From: Eledone cirrhosa
Lineage: Eukaryota
Direction: 5' to 3'
DNA: 64,000 bases
NCBI GenBank assembly: GCA_964016885.1
Contig: OZ024743.1
Span: forward strand, 184,512,001 to 184,576,000
Positions 36,060-50,149 of this stretch are shown here, piece by piece. The notes below the pieces were generated by a model. It ran no database searches. It saw only the letters and a program-made list of their open reading frames with translations, and was not told where the DNA came from. A program made the position numbers and the translations under genes. Positions within the stretch are counted from its first letter, which is position 1; each line of letters starts with the position of its first letter.

Positions 36060-38480
36060 GCTGAGAAATGGATAGATAAAGTGACAGAATCATCAAGCTG
36101 AGACTAACTGTAAGAAATAGACAGATGTAATTATTGTCACCATTCTATGTTCCAGAGGCAAGATTGAGTAAAAAAAACAAAATGTAAAGTTCTTCATAGA
36201 ACCTGTCTGACAACTTCAGGTTCCGATAAAGGTAACCTCACTTGGCTGGCGACTTCAATGGACATGTGGGGCAGTACCAGGATGGATTCAGTGGCTATGG
36301 TTATGGTTCAAGAAATGAAGAAGGACCGAGACTCCTGGAATTCTGTGACACATGAACTAACCATTCAGAAAACCAACCAGCCATCTAATCTCATATTAAT
36401 CAGAACACAAAAGCCAAATGGACTATTTACTTGACAAGACAGACTATAATAAATACTAAAGTCTTCCCTGAAGAGGAATGTACTGCTCAGCACAAGCTAG
36501 TTATTGGTGACATCAAAATAAACATGAAACAATGAGACAGAGGGTCTGGAAGCTAAAGGACATCTCAATTAAATATAAGTTTAGAAAGGGTTCTATGGGA
36601 TGCATTTGATCAAAGTGATGAGCTAAATACCTATAATGTAGAGGACAACTGGAAATTCTTATGTGACAACCTTTTGCAAACTACTAATGAGACTTGTGGC
36701 TGGAGTAGAGAACCAGCCAAACAGGGTGATCTGGTGGTGGAACAGTTCAGTAGATGGAGCCATCAAAGCCAAGAGACAGGCATGGAAAGACTGTAAAAAT
36801 GGGGGTAGCAGAGATTGGTACCAGGTGACTAAGAAAGAAGTTAGGCAACAAGTATACACAGCTCGAAAAGTAGCTAAAGAAAAAGTTTGTCAACGTTAAA
36901 GAAACAAAGTGATGAAAAATGGTAAAGCTGCAAGATCATCAGAGATAACTGCTGAGATGCTAAAAGCATCGGGAGAGGTAGGAGTCAAACTCTCTTAGTC
37001 AATCAGGTAATACATGACGATGTCATACCCAATGACTGGCATAGCAGTACAATAGAAAATTGCTACAAGGTGCAATGGTGATGCCCTAGAGAGGAGCAAC
37101 TATAGAGGAATAAAACTAATGGAAAGAGTTATAGTGCAACTAATTAGAGAAAGAATCAAATTATATGGGATGCAGTTTGATTTCATGCCTTGGAAAAGTA
37201 CTACACATGCCCTCTTTTTAGTGAGGCAACTATAAAAGATCTTAGCCAAAAATAAGCCACTATACTTAGCTTTCATTGACCTAGAAAAAGCGTTTGACAG
37301 AATACTCCAATATATTATCTAGTAGTCCTTAAGGAAATTAGGTGTAGAAGAATGGTTGGTGAGAGCAATGCAAGTCATATACAGAGAAGCTGTCAGTAAA
37401 GAGAGAGTAAGAAATGAGTTTAGTGACGAATTCAAGGTTCAGTTTTTAGCCCGCTACTATTCATTATAGTCCTCCAGGCTATAACAGAGGAGTTTAAGAC
37501 TGGCTGCTCACAAGAACTTCCCTTTGCAGATGATTTGGTCCTTATAGCTGAATTAATTGAAGACCAAGCAAATAAGTTCTAACTTTGAAAACAATTTATA
37601 ATCAAAAGGCTTGAGAGTAAACCGCTAAAACTAAAGCGCTAGTGAGTAGGAAAGAAGTTAGGACCCTGATTCCTGCAGGGAAGTGGCCATGTTCAATATG
37701 TAGAAAGAGTAGGCATAAAATACATACAATGTACACAATGTAAATCTTAGGTACACAAGAGATGTAGTGGGACAATGTGTAAGCTAATAGGAAGGGAAAA
37801 CTTTGTTTGTAAAAGATACACTGGGGTAACCGAGGGGAAGATAATCAGTAATGTAAGCCTATTCGAGCCAGAGGAAAAACCCATAGAAGTGATAACTTCT
37901 GCTCTCTAGGCAACATAATTAGCAATGGAGAAGGGTGCTCTGAGAGCATAATAGCTGGAATAAGGATAACATGGAAAAAGTTGAGAGAGCTACTCCCACT
38001 GTTGAGCACAAAAGGTTTCTCCCTACATTCAAAAGGACAACTGTATGATGCCTCTGTGCGAGGTGTGATGCTTCATGGATTGTGACTGAGGAGGTCATAC
38101 ATAGACTAGAAAGAAATGAAGCAACCATGCTTCATTGGATGTGCAATGTAAGTGTGAGAAAGAGACAGAGCTTGGATGAGTTGAAGAAGTTGGGTTTAAG
38201 AGGAATCCGAGGTAGTGTGCTGGAGAGAAGACTGCATTGGTTTGGACATGTGATGTGCATAGACAATGATCATTAGGTGAAGAAGTAGCACAAAATGCCA
38301 GTGGAAGGAAGTTGTAGTAAAGGTACACCACCAAAGACCTGGGTAGAGGTTGTGAGAACTGACCTCAAATCACAGATGTGATGACAAAAGATTGCAACAT
38401 GTGGAGAGATGCCATGCTGAGAAGTACCCATCCAACCCATGCAAGTGTAGAAAAGTGGATGTAAAAATGATGGTGATGAT
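36060..38480 (+). mobile_element. Old degenerate RTE LINE
   Basis: AGDFNGHVG, VIWWWNS, AFIDLEKAFD, FADDL, RLHWFGHV; many stops. Confidence 0.88.
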
Positions 38481-39699
38481 AAGAAATATATATAGAATAT
38501 AATATAAATGTTATATGTTTTTTCCATGATTGCATGGGTTTGACAAGTCTTCTCTTGCCACTTCTCATGATCCGTTGCCATCTCCTTTGTGAGGATCAAC
38601 CTCCTGAAATCAGACTTCACCATATCTTCCTCTTTCACATGTTCCGTTCAGTTGGATTGCTTGACACCTTTTTACCCAACTGTCTACACATGTCTATTCT
38701 AGCTCAGTTTTTTCTTTTGCACAATACAGCTAATTCTTTTTACTCAGTTTTCCTTGCAGTTTAATTCTGCTCCATTGTTTATGACACTAACATTATTTAT
38801 CCAGCAGAGGCATGCTCACTTTATTTCTTTTCAACCTTCACAAATTCTCAGCATTTAATATGAATGTTATGCTACCAACTGAAACCCTGCAATATCATTT
38901 GTTTTAATTTAATTTTGGTCTTACAGGGTGGACTGGGTTCTTTTTGTCATGCCACCAGAAATAGCTACTTTATAGCGGTAAAACAGTTTATATTTCCTCA
39001 AAATCTGTAAAATAATATCATGCAATATAAGACCAATAAGTTTCAAAAAGCTGGTACAATACAGTAGAAATATATAAAGGGCAAAGGCTAACAAATAAAA
39101 CAAAACAAAGTAATGTTTTACCCAGTGTATTTCAACATGATATTTCAGAGATATATCATCTTTTCAAATGTAAAGTAGAAATGGTTCTGAACAAAAACAA
39201 ACAATCGATGTGTTCTTCCTTAACTGGTCTATGTGTCTGAAATACATATGCATGAAGTCGTTATAGTTGCCAGTATGCTTTGTGCATTGCCAATCTGTTA
39301 TTTTTCTGTGTCTTTTTCTGGTTGGTGATAACGGCCTCTTTGATTCTTAAATTGTCCACATTCCCTTATATTGCCTCTATGGTGCCCTGAAATATCACAT
39401 TGAAATATGCTGGGTAAAACATTACTTTCTTTTGTTCCATTAGTCATCTTATGTCCTTTATACAGTTCTACTGCATTGTACTGGCTTGTTGAAACTTATC
39501 AATCTTTTATTACATATCTCACAGTGCTTCATATATCTCACTATACTACTTTATATATTGCATTCAATTGATTAAAGTAAATAAAAAATTAATGGCTTGT
39601 CTCCTTGTTGGTCTTAAATTCTAATGCTTTGGGAGATTTTAATTAGATATCAACATTGGGTAGTCTCAGGGAGGTTAATATTAAAAAGATTATATGAAA

Positions 39700-41160
39700 T
39701 CATCATCATCATCATCATCATCATTTTACGTCTGCTTGCAAGGGTGGGACGGGTCTTATTCAGCACAGCATCTCTCCACTTGTCACGGTCCTTCGTCATC
39801 TCCACCGTGAGCTTCAGCGATCTGAGGTCTGTTCTCACCACCTCCGCCCATGTTTTTCGTGGTCTACCTCTACCACATCTTCCTTCAACTGGCATTTCCT
39901 GTCACTTCTTCACCCATCGGTCATCCTCCATGCGCATCACATGTCCATACCACCTCAGTCTCCTCTCTCGCACACTACATTCTATCCCTCTCAGACACAG
40001 TTTCTCTCTCAACACATTCATGCTGGGTCGTTCACGCACATTGACATTGCACGTCCAATGGAGCATGCTTGCCTCATTTCTCTCCAGCCATCGCATATCC
40101 TCTGCAGTTGCAGCCCATGTCTCACTACCATGCAGCATCGCGCTCCTTACACAGGCATCATATAACCGGCCTTTCATACGCAGGGAGAAACCCTTCTTCG
40201 TCAGCAGAGGAAGCAGCTCCCTAAACTTCTTCCAACCCGTCCTTATTCTAGATACTATGGCCTCGGAACACCCCTCCCATGCTAATCTGATCACCTAGGT
40301 ACTGGAAGCTATCCACCACTTCTATAGCACCCGCCTGCATTTGAAAAATGTGTCTATCAGTGCAACTTCTACTGTCTAATTTCCCTGTACATCTACTGCA
40401 TATGTATTTCTCCCTACCTGTTAGTTTACCTGCTATCCCACTACATCTCTTGTGTACCCAAGATCTGCATTGCGTACATTTTATAGAATTTATGCCAGTT
40501 CCTTTTCTGCATATCGAACATGACCATTTCCCTGATGGAATCAGTGTTTTGTCCTCTTTTCTACTCATCAACACTTTTGTCTTAGCTAGGTTCACTCTCA
40601 GTCCTCTTGCTTCCAACTGCTGTTTCCATAGCCAGAATTTATTCTCTAGCTCCTCTACTGATTCTGCTATAAGAACCAGATCGTCAGCATAGAGAAGTTC
40701 CCATGGACAGCCAGTCTTAAACTCCTCTGTTATGGCTTGGAGGACTATAATGAACAACAGCGGGCTGAGGACCAAACCTTGATGTACTCCTACTTGTATC
40801 TGTGATTTGTCACTAAACTCCATTCCTATCCTGACTTTACTGACAGCACCTATGTACAAAGTTTTCACTGTCCTCACAAGCCATTCATCAACACCTAGTT
40901 TCCTTAGGCCTTCTCTAGGTCAACAAAGGCTTATTCTTCTCTAAGAACCTCTCTTGTAATTGTCTCACCAAGAAGAGGGCATCTGTTGTACTTTTCCCAG
41001 GCACAAAACCAAACTGCATCTCATCTAGTTTAACTCTTTCTCTAATTAGTTGTGCTAATATCCTTTCTGCCACTCTCATAACCTGATCCATCAGTTTTAT
41101 ACCCCTACAATTGCTCCTCTCCAGAGCATCCCCCTCACCTTTGTAACAATTTATGAGAAT
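39700..41160 (-). mobile_element. RTE LINE family A, 3' half (split by a nested insertion)
   Basis: GVHQG, LLYADD, PHD-like Cys cluster, RLRWYGHV, (GAT)n tail; high identity to 10193-11660. Confidence 0.93.
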
Positions 41161-44100
41161 TTATGAGGAAGAGCAGGAGAAATCGTAGAAATGCTAGAGC
41201 GAAAGGAAATTGATGTATGCTGTGTGCAAGAGACTAGATGGAGAGGAGAGTCTGCTAGAGTCCTTGTAGGAAAAAGTCGGTGCTACAAATTTTTCTGGGT
41301 GGGAAATGACGATGGGATGGGTGGTGTAGGTATACTACTAGCTGACAAGTGGGTAGATAAAGTAATCTCAGTGTACAGGGTAAATACAAGAATCATTAAA
41401 CTCAGACTAGTCCTGAATAAAACAATTACCACAATAATATCAGCTTACGCACCCCAATCGGGGCTGCCAGATGAACTTAAGGATAGGTTTTACGAGTCCC
41501 TAATGCACACTACTGCTCTAACAGACGACAATGACTTCCTAATCATCGCAGGAGATTTTAACGGACACGTAGGTAAACACTGCGACGGCTTCAATAGACT
41601 ACATGGAGGCCATGGGGTTGGCACAAGAAATGAGGAAGGATTCAGACTTCTAGAATTCTGCAACGCCAATGACATGTCGATATGTAACACAAACTTTAAA
41701 AAACCCGACAACCACCTGATCACCTATAGATCAGGGGAGCACTCTAGTCAGATAGATTTTATCCTCATAGAGGACGTGACAGATGGACGGTCGTAAACAC
41801 AAAAGCCTTCCCTAGTGAGGAATGTACATCCCAACATAGCTTAGTTGTCAGCGACTTCACAGTCAGAACTAGACGAACCTGGAAACAGAGGCCAACCTGG
41901 AGAAGAAAGATCTGGAAGCTGAAAGACCCCTCAACCATTAACAGATTTAAAGATATTTTACTCAACGCCTACGACAGTAAAGAAGAACAGATAAAGACAT
42001 TCAATGTAGAAGAGAACTGGGAGTTCCTAAAAAATAACTTACTAGAGGCGACGGATGAGGTCTGTGGCTGGAGTAAGACCTCAAGCAGGAGGAGAGTGAC
42101 TTGGTGGTGGAACAATAAGGTAGATGAGGCAGTTAAGGCCAAGAGACAGGCATGGAAAGAATGGAAGAACGGGGGGAGCAGGGTACATTGCATAGAGACC
42201 AAGAGGGAAGCAGAGGATAGAAAATTCAAGCATGTTTTGCAACGTGAGGACCAGAAACAGGAGGTGTTCAAGATTACGAGGCAGTGTGTCAGAGAGAGTT
42301 GTGATGTCATTGGAGAGAAGTGTATCCGTAATGATAAAGGTGAGCTTGCCCTCACAAGTGCTGAGAAGAAAGATGCATGGAAGAGTCATTATGATAGATT
42401 ACTAAATGAGGAGAATGCATGGGAAGAAGAGACCCTACCCCAAGTAGACCCTATAGAGGGGCCAGCAGTACAAGTCAGCAGCAACGTAGTAAGTAAGGCA
42501 ATCAAAGATATGAAGATGGGGAAGGCAACCGGTCCATCGGGTATAGCTGCCGAGATGCTGAAGGCATCTGGGTCTGTAGGTCACACTATAACCACACGTA
42601 TTGTTAACCAGGTAATACTAGAAGGTGTCATACCAAAAGATTGGTGCAGTAGCATCATTGTCAACTGCTACAAAGGTAAAGGTGATGCACTAGATAGAGG
42701 AAACTATAGAGGTATAAAGCTAATGGACCAGGTCATGAAAGTAACAGAAAGAGTTATAGCACAGTTGATTAGGGACCGGGTGAAACTAGACGAGATGCAA
42801 TTTGTGTTTGTACCAGGAAGAGGCACCCCTGATGCCCTCTTCCTTGTCAGGCAGTTACAGGAAAAGTACCTAGCTAAAAGTAAGCCACTCTACTTGGCAT
42901 TTGTTGACCTTGAGAAAGCCTTTGACAGAGTTCCACGTGCTGTAATCTGGTGGGCTCTTAGAAAACTAGGAGTAGATGAATGGCTTGTGAAAGCGGTACA
43001 AGCCATGTATAGGGGAGCAGTCAGCAAAGTTAGGATTAGCAATGAGTATAGCGAGGAATTTAGCGTACAGGTTGGGGTCCACCAGGGCTCTGTTCTTAGC
43101 CCTCTCCTGTTCAACATAGTCCTGCAGGCAATAACAGAGGAGTTTAAGACCGGATGCCCATGGGAACTCCTGTATGCTGATGACCTCGCACTTATAGCTG
43201 AATCTATGGTAGAACTAGAGAATAAATTCCAAACTTGGAAGCAGGGACTAGAAAGAAAGGGTCTCAAAGTCAACATGACAAAGACTAAGGTCCTTGTAAG
43301 TAGACGAGAAAACAGAACCCAGATCCCCTCAGGGAAATGGCCTTGCTCAGTATGTAGGAAAGGTGTAGGTAGGAACTCCATTCTCTGCCCCAAATGCAAA
43401 CAATGGGTACACAAGAGATGTAGCGGGATCTCAGGAAGCTTAATTAAGAATGTAGGCTTCACATGCAGCAGCTGTGCTGAGACAGCAAGTAGCAAACAGC
43501 CACAGGAAACAAGTACCACCAATCTCTGGGCGGGCTCTGTAGAAACAGTAGACAGCTTCTGCTACCTAGGTGACCGAATTAGCAGTGGAGGTGGGTGTTC
43601 AGAAAGTACAATAACTAGGGTAAGAACGGGATGGAAGAAGTTTAGGGAACTACTACCACTGCTAGCTGCAAAAGGCTTCTCCCTCAAAATGAAAGGCAGA
43701 CTGTATGATGCGTGTATCCGAACAGCGATGTTGCATGGTAGTGAGACCTGGGCGCTGAAGGTGGAAGACTTACGTAGATTAGAGAGAAACGAAGCCTGCA
43801 TGCTCCGATGGATGTGTAACAGTATTATACGCGAACGACAAAGCATAAATGAATTAAGAGAGAGACTGAGCATAAGAGGAATCAAATGCTGTGTGCAGGA
43901 GAGGCGGTTGCGCTGGTATGGACATGTGATGCGTATGAAGGAGGACAGCTGCATAAAAAGGTGCAGAGCACTAGAAGTCGATGGAAACTGCGGAGTGGGG
44001 AAACCCAAGATGACCTGGGATGAAGTGATAAAAGCCGACCTTACCCAATAACACCTCTCAAAGGCGATGACACACGACCGTGACCTCTGGCATCACGCAG

Positions 44101-44440
44101 TAATACAGAGTACCCGACCTCCCATGGGTACAAGCTGAAGCATATAGACAATATGCCCCCACACCCCCACCGCAAGGTGGTCGTGGAGGTGCCACGGAAA
44201 AAAAGCACCCAGCCCACACTGTAAAGTGGATGTGTAGGCGCCACGAAAGAGCAACCAGCACTCACTGTAAATGAAGTTGGTATTAGGAAGGGCATCCAGC
44301 TGTAGAAATCAAGCCAAATCAGTTCCTGTATGAGCAAGGCATGGTCAGCCGACCAGACACTGCCCACAACAGGACAACCCGTCTAACTCATGCTAGCGTG
44401 GAAGAACGGACGTAAAACGGTGATGATGATGATGATGATG
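41161..44440 (+). mobile_element. Near-intact RTE LINE family B (APE + RT), slightly 5'-truncated
   Basis: ORFs 41191-41796 and 42096-44051 join across a single apparent 1-nt deletion near 41770; all APE/RT motifs present; 3'UTR and (GAT)n tail. Confidence 0.95.
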
Positions 44441-45778
44441 ACTGCTGCACCAGTCTTTGGGTATGACACCACCATATATAGCCTGATTGATGATACGTGC
44501 AACCAGTTTAGTGCGTGCGTCCCCTGATGCCTTCAGCATCTCAGCAACTATCCCCAACGGTCCAGCAGCCTTACCATTTTTCATTTTCTTAATCTCCTCT
44601 TGGACCCTATATTCATCAATCTCAATAGCTGGTCCCTCTGTCGGATCTTCTGAGGGTAATTTCTCTCTCTCCCATTCCTTCTCCACATTCATCAGTCTCT
44701 CATAATGACATTTCCAGGCCTCCTTTTTCTGATCATTCGTGACACTAAGTACACCGGCATCTTTCCGGACACATTTATCTCCAACAACATCCTGATTTGC
44801 ATTGACACACTGCCTTGCAATGTGGAACACCACACGCCTCTGATCTTCCTGTCGCAGAACATTGGCAAACCTCCTACTCTCATCCTCCCTGCGTGCTAAG
44901 TACACCTGACGTCTAGCTTCTCTCTTAGCGGCTGTATATCCTTCTCTACTCCCACACTTTTTCCAAGCCTTCCATGCTAGTCTTTTGTCTCTAATGGCCC
45001 TATCTACTGTGCTGTTCCACCACCAGGTCACTCTCTGTCTGGTTGGAGCTCTGCTCCAACCACAAGTTTCATCAGTAGTCTGCAGTAAGTTGTCACGTAA
45101 GAAATTCCAGTTATTATCTATGTCATACGACTCTAAATCGTCTTCTTTTTCGTCATACACATCTTGAAGGGCTTTCCTAAATTTGTATTTTAGTGAAAGG
45201 TCTTTTAGCTTCCAGACCTTTCTTCTCCACGCCTTCCTGTATGTCTCATTCCATCTCTTGCTTACTGAGATATCACTAACGGCTAACCTATGCTGTGGGG
45301 TACATTCTTCCCCAGGGTATGCCTTGGTATTTGACACCATCTGCCTGTCCCGCTGCCTAACTAGTAAGAAGTCGATCTGGCTTATGTGCTCGCCTGATTT
45401 GTAGGTTATTAGGTAGTTGGCAGGTTTCTGGAAGTTAGTGTTGCAAATAGTCAGTGTACTTGCATCACAGAATTCAAGAAGCCTCACTCCTTCTTCATTT
45501 CTTGAGCTGTAACCGTGCCCACCATGTACCCCAGTGTAACTATCCTGGAGCTGTCCAACATGACCATTGAAGTCCCCTGCTAGCATAACAATGTCTCCGT
45601 CTTCTGTCATTGCGCTTGTTTGTAAAAGTTGCTCGTAAAAGCAGTCTTTCTCTTCTTTGCCTAGGCCTGCTTGGGGAGCATAGGCAGAGATGATTGTCGG
45701 TAGTCTCCTGCCTACAACTAATCTAAGCTTAATTATTCGATTACTAACTCGAACTACCTCTATTGTCTTATTCATCCA
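44441..45778 (-). mobile_element. RTE LINE family A, 5' half (APE region)
   Basis: 467-aa ORF with ISAYAPQ, GDFNGHVG, QIDF; continues precisely into 41160 when compared with the uninterrupted copy at about 11650. Confidence 0.93.
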
Positions 45779-46284
45779 TATGAAAATATATATCATAAAC
45801 CTCCCTGCCCCAATAATAAATTTAATTAATCTCGACTTGTAGACAAAGTATCTAATTTTTGTTGTCTCTTTTCAGGGTAACATGGAAAGTAGCAGTGATG
45901 TCACACATCATGTGATGTATTACTATCTTGTCTTCTGCAAAAGTCAGCTTCATACTAACATAAAACCATGAAAATGAAAGTAACTTTCATTAAAATATTC
46001 CTCGGCATGTTATCATTTTGACAGAAATGAACAAAAAGAAAAAAACAGACAAAAACAACAACACTTTCTTTACACACAAAACAAATCAAACGATAGAAGT
46101 GAACACTCTGTGTCTGAAGATAAGAGCACCAAGTGTATTTTTAGACTCTTTAAAACTAATACTAATATGGTTTGACAAGGATCTATAATAAGGGTTTGTT
46201 TATATAATGATACATATGTATGTTTATTTAAAAACAAAAGAAAGAAATTTACATTTCACCAACGTTTGCATATAAAAATAATCA

Positions 46285-47500
46285 CCATCATCACTGATTA
46301 ACATCCATTTTTCCTCTCAAGCATGGGTTAGACAAGTTGTTCCATTTGAGACAAGTCAGATCAGGTGACCATGTCTTCCTCATACAGAATGGTTTCTGGC
46401 TTTGTTTCTCTGACTGGATGCTCTTTCTAACGCCAACCATATTTACAGTGTGGACTGGGTGCTTTTTCTCGTGGCACCGAAACGACCACTTTACAGTGTG
46501 GCCTGGGCGCTTTTTGTTGTGGCACCAAAACGACCACAAAACCATGTGGCCTGGGGAGGGGGGTATACGGACAGGGAAAAGGGTGGGGTGTTAGGACATG
46601 GGGGGTGTCGAAGGGGGAGGATAGGGGAAAGTGGTGCATACTAGATATAAGCTTCAACCTGTGCACATGAGAAGGCAGGTCTTCTGTATTACTGCATAAT
46701 GCCAAGGATCTCAATCCTGTATCATCGCTTTTGGGAGATGCAATTGTGCAAGGTCAACTTTTATTACTTCATCCCAAATCTTCCTAGGTCTTCTTACTCC
46801 ATAGCTTCCATCAAATTTAAGCGCCCTGCACCTTTTTAAACATCTGTCATACTTCATATGCATCACATGACCATACCCATGCAATCTCCTCTTTTGGACA
46901 CTGCCTCTGATTCCTCTTATGTCCAATTTCTCTCTCAGTTCATTTACACTTTGCCATTCATCTATTACACATCCATGCAGGCTGCATTTCTTTCTGATCT
47001 TCTGTGACCTCTGCACACAATGCCCAGGTCTCACTACCATACAACATTGATGTACTTATACACACACCAATAATCTGCCTTTCATTTTGAGGGGAAATGT
47101 TTTTGTGGCTCTCAATGAACTTTCTCCATCCCATTCTCACTCAGGCTGCTGTGCTTTTGGAACACCCACCTCCACTGCTAATTTGGTCACCCAGATAACA
47201 GAAACTATCATTTGCTTCTACAGAGCCCTCTGGGCATTGGAAGGAGCTAGTATCCTTTGGGCTCTTGCTACTTACTGTACGTGTGCATCAGCCACATATG
47301 AAACTTACATTCTTTGCTAGCCTGCCTGAGATCCCACTACATTTGGCACAAATCCAAACTGCATTTTATTATCTAGGTTAACTCAGTACCTATTCAGCTG
47401 TGCTATAGTTTTTTTCTGAAACCTTCATGATCTGGTCAACCAACTTGATGCCTCTAAAGTTTTCTCTGTATAGAGCATTTCATTTTCCCTAGTAGCATAT
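46285..47500 (-). mobile_element. Degenerate RTE 3' fragment
   Basis: MLYGSETWAL, RRLHGYGHV, RTE 3'UTR. Confidence 0.8.
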
Positions 47501-47519
47501 GATGATGATGATGCTATGC

Positions 47520-49150
47520 CAATATATCTCAGTGACAGTTATCAGCCTTTCGTAGCACTCTGCCTCCATTGCTGAGAGCTGTGGCAGGCTGTTGAGGTAG
47601 GGACTAAAGTCCATTCCACAATCCGGCCTGCCACAGTTCCTGTACAGTTGAGAGTAGTGCTGCTGAAAAGCCGCATACATCTTCTCGTGATTGACTAACA
47701 TGCTCCCGTTGTGGTCTCCAAAGACCGGATTGTGAATTTGTTGCCATAACGCGCTTCCACCACTCAGGCCTATCGAACGGCTTTTGTCCCCTCTTGTCAA
47801 AGAGCACATGCCCTAGCTCTGATAATGCAGCCTTCATAAATTGCATTGAAGAATTAGTCGAGGACCAATCTCACTGCAAGCACATCAGTTGTGATGCATT
47901 TGCTAAGCACCTCATCTAACTTTCTAACTAGTTCTTCTTCTACTCTATTTTTCTCTATTGCTAAAGCCTTACTGAACCTAATGGACTCTGTTCTAATTGC
48001 TCTTTTCAGGGTGAACCACCATAATTTGTTGTTGATGATTGCCCCCATCAATGCCCGCTTAACTAATTCGCTAATCCGGTCTCTGTAGGCTTTGCGTGCT
48101 GAAATCAAGGCATTCAGCTTCCAGTTTCCGGTTCCCTGTTTATGAAACCTATCTAAGTCAATAACACAGATCAGAAATTTCTGGTCTATATAGTCGACTA
48201 CTTTGAATTGTGGACAACCTTTGCTAGACTTATCTATTTCCCTACAAAATACCCTATCTAGATATGATCTGGCAGATTCGGGAAATCCAGACGCTACCTG
48301 TTAGATAGTTAAAAAAGACTGGGCAGGTTTGCGAGGCTTTTACACCTTCCTCCCCTAGTCCCACACAGTCACAGTGTGCATCCAAAATCCCTTTCCAGTC
48401 GCCTACTAACACTAAAAAGCGGGATGTTCCAAGAAAGGTCTCCAGACACCAGAAAAAGTCAGGCCATCCTGCCCCTGTTGGGGCAGAGATGACCACTAGC
48501 ATGAAAGCATGTCCTTCTCCGCTGATCACATCCAGCACCAACAACTTACCTTCTAGGCCCAAGAAGATGGCCCATATCTCAAGATCGAGACCTATCCGGA
48601 ACAACACTACCACACCGTCCCTAGATCCTGGATGGCTTGGAGATGCGTACACCTCTTAGTTGCCAAAAACGGATGCAAATGCCCGTGTCTCAGAGATTCT
48701 GGTCTCACTGATGGCCACCACATTTATGTTCAGTGACCTGAGATCATTGAGCAAGTGGCCCTTCCAAGACGTTCCCAGGCGACGTGCATGTATACTGCCT
48801 ATCCTGAGAGAAGCAATATTGGATAAGATAGGAGGAAAACAAATGATAGGGAAAAAATAAAAACTTTACCTTTGGCTTTTTAGGAAGGGGGTGGGTGACC
48901 AATGGTGGGTTTCTCCACGAGAATGTCAATGTATATTCTCTTTGAGAGAGTCCCCCCAATAGTCTCCAATTGCCTCTTGCCTTGGAGATTCTGGTCTCAC
49001 TGATGACCACCACATCTATGTTTAGTGACCTGTGATCATTGAGCAGATGACCTTGCTTCTAAGGTGACCCCAGGCTATATGGATTTATACTGCCTATTCT
49101 GAGAGTGGCCATGTTGAACGAAGAAGGAAACAAATGAGAACTTACCTCTG
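47520..49150 (-). mobile_element. Tx1/L1-clade LINE ORF2 endonuclease fragment with the 5' part duplicated
   Basis: VVISETRI (twice), DGVVVLF, VISAPTG, LVGDWK, LDR; G.GNWKLN; WWFTLKRAIR. Confidence 0.75.
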
Positions 49151-49299
49151 ACTTTCTGGTGGAGAGACGGTAACTTCGTTCATCTGGCTAGTTGTGGCCT
49201 TCTCCACCAGGATGTCTCTGTATATTCTTTTGAGGAGGGTTTCTCAGAAGTCTCCAACTGAATTTGAAAATTTTCTTCAGAAGAGTGTATGTTTTTTGG

Positions 49300-50070
49300 T
49301 TTCATCATCATCATCACCGTTTTACGTCCGTTCTTCCACGCTAGCATGGGTTAGACAGGTTGTCTTGTTGTGGGCAATATAAGGTCAGGTGACCATATCT
49401 TGTTCATACAGGAACTGATTTTGGTTTGATTTCTACAGCTGGATGCCCTTCCTAACACTAACCTCATTTACAGTGAGTACTGGTGCATTTTTACTGTGGC
49501 ACCTACACAACCACTTTACAGTGTGGACTGGGTGCTTTTTTGTTGTGACACCTCCACGACCACTTTGCAGTGGGGGGGGGGAGGAGCATATTGTCCATAT
49601 GCTTCAGCTTTGGCTTGTACCCGTGGGAAGTGGGGTCATCTGTATTATTGTGTAATGCTAGAGGTCTTGGTCCTATGTCATCACCTTTGAGACATGCTAT
49701 TGGGCAAGGTCAGCTTTTATCACCTCATGGGTCCACCACTCCAAGGCTTCCATCGACTTTTAGTGCTCTGCACCTTTTTATGCAGCTGTCATCCTTCATA
49801 TGCATTACTTCCATACCAACGCAACCTCCTCTCCTGCACACACCATTTGATTCCTCTTATGCTCAGTCTCTCTCTCAATTTGTTTATGCTTTGCCGTTTG
49901 CGTATATTACTATTACACATTCATCGGAGCATGCAAGTTTCGTTTCTTTCTAATCTATGCCCAGATCTCACTACCATATAACACTGCTGTTCATATGCAC
50001 GCATCATACAGTCTGCCTTTCATTTTGAAGGAAAATCCTTTTGAGCTAGCAGTGGTAGTAGCTCCCTATT
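49300..50070 (-). mobile_element. RTE 3' fragment
   Basis: Matches 43650-44440. Confidence 0.85.
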
Positions 50071-50149
50071 TCTGTTATTTTTATATATGTGAGTGGAGTG
50101 AATTTTTGGGGTGTTGTGTAGTTTTTTCTGTAATGCTGGTGTTGTGCCA

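Noticed and set aside
42890-44008. Long antisense ORFs (210 and 148 aa) and similar ones over other RTE copies
   Set aside because: Shadow frames of RT coding sequence with no independent motifs.
45876-45935. Acceptor-like site followed by an imperfect hairpin (possible miRNA or exon)
   Set aside because: Pairing is short and irregular, with no recognisable miRNA seed family or coding frame.
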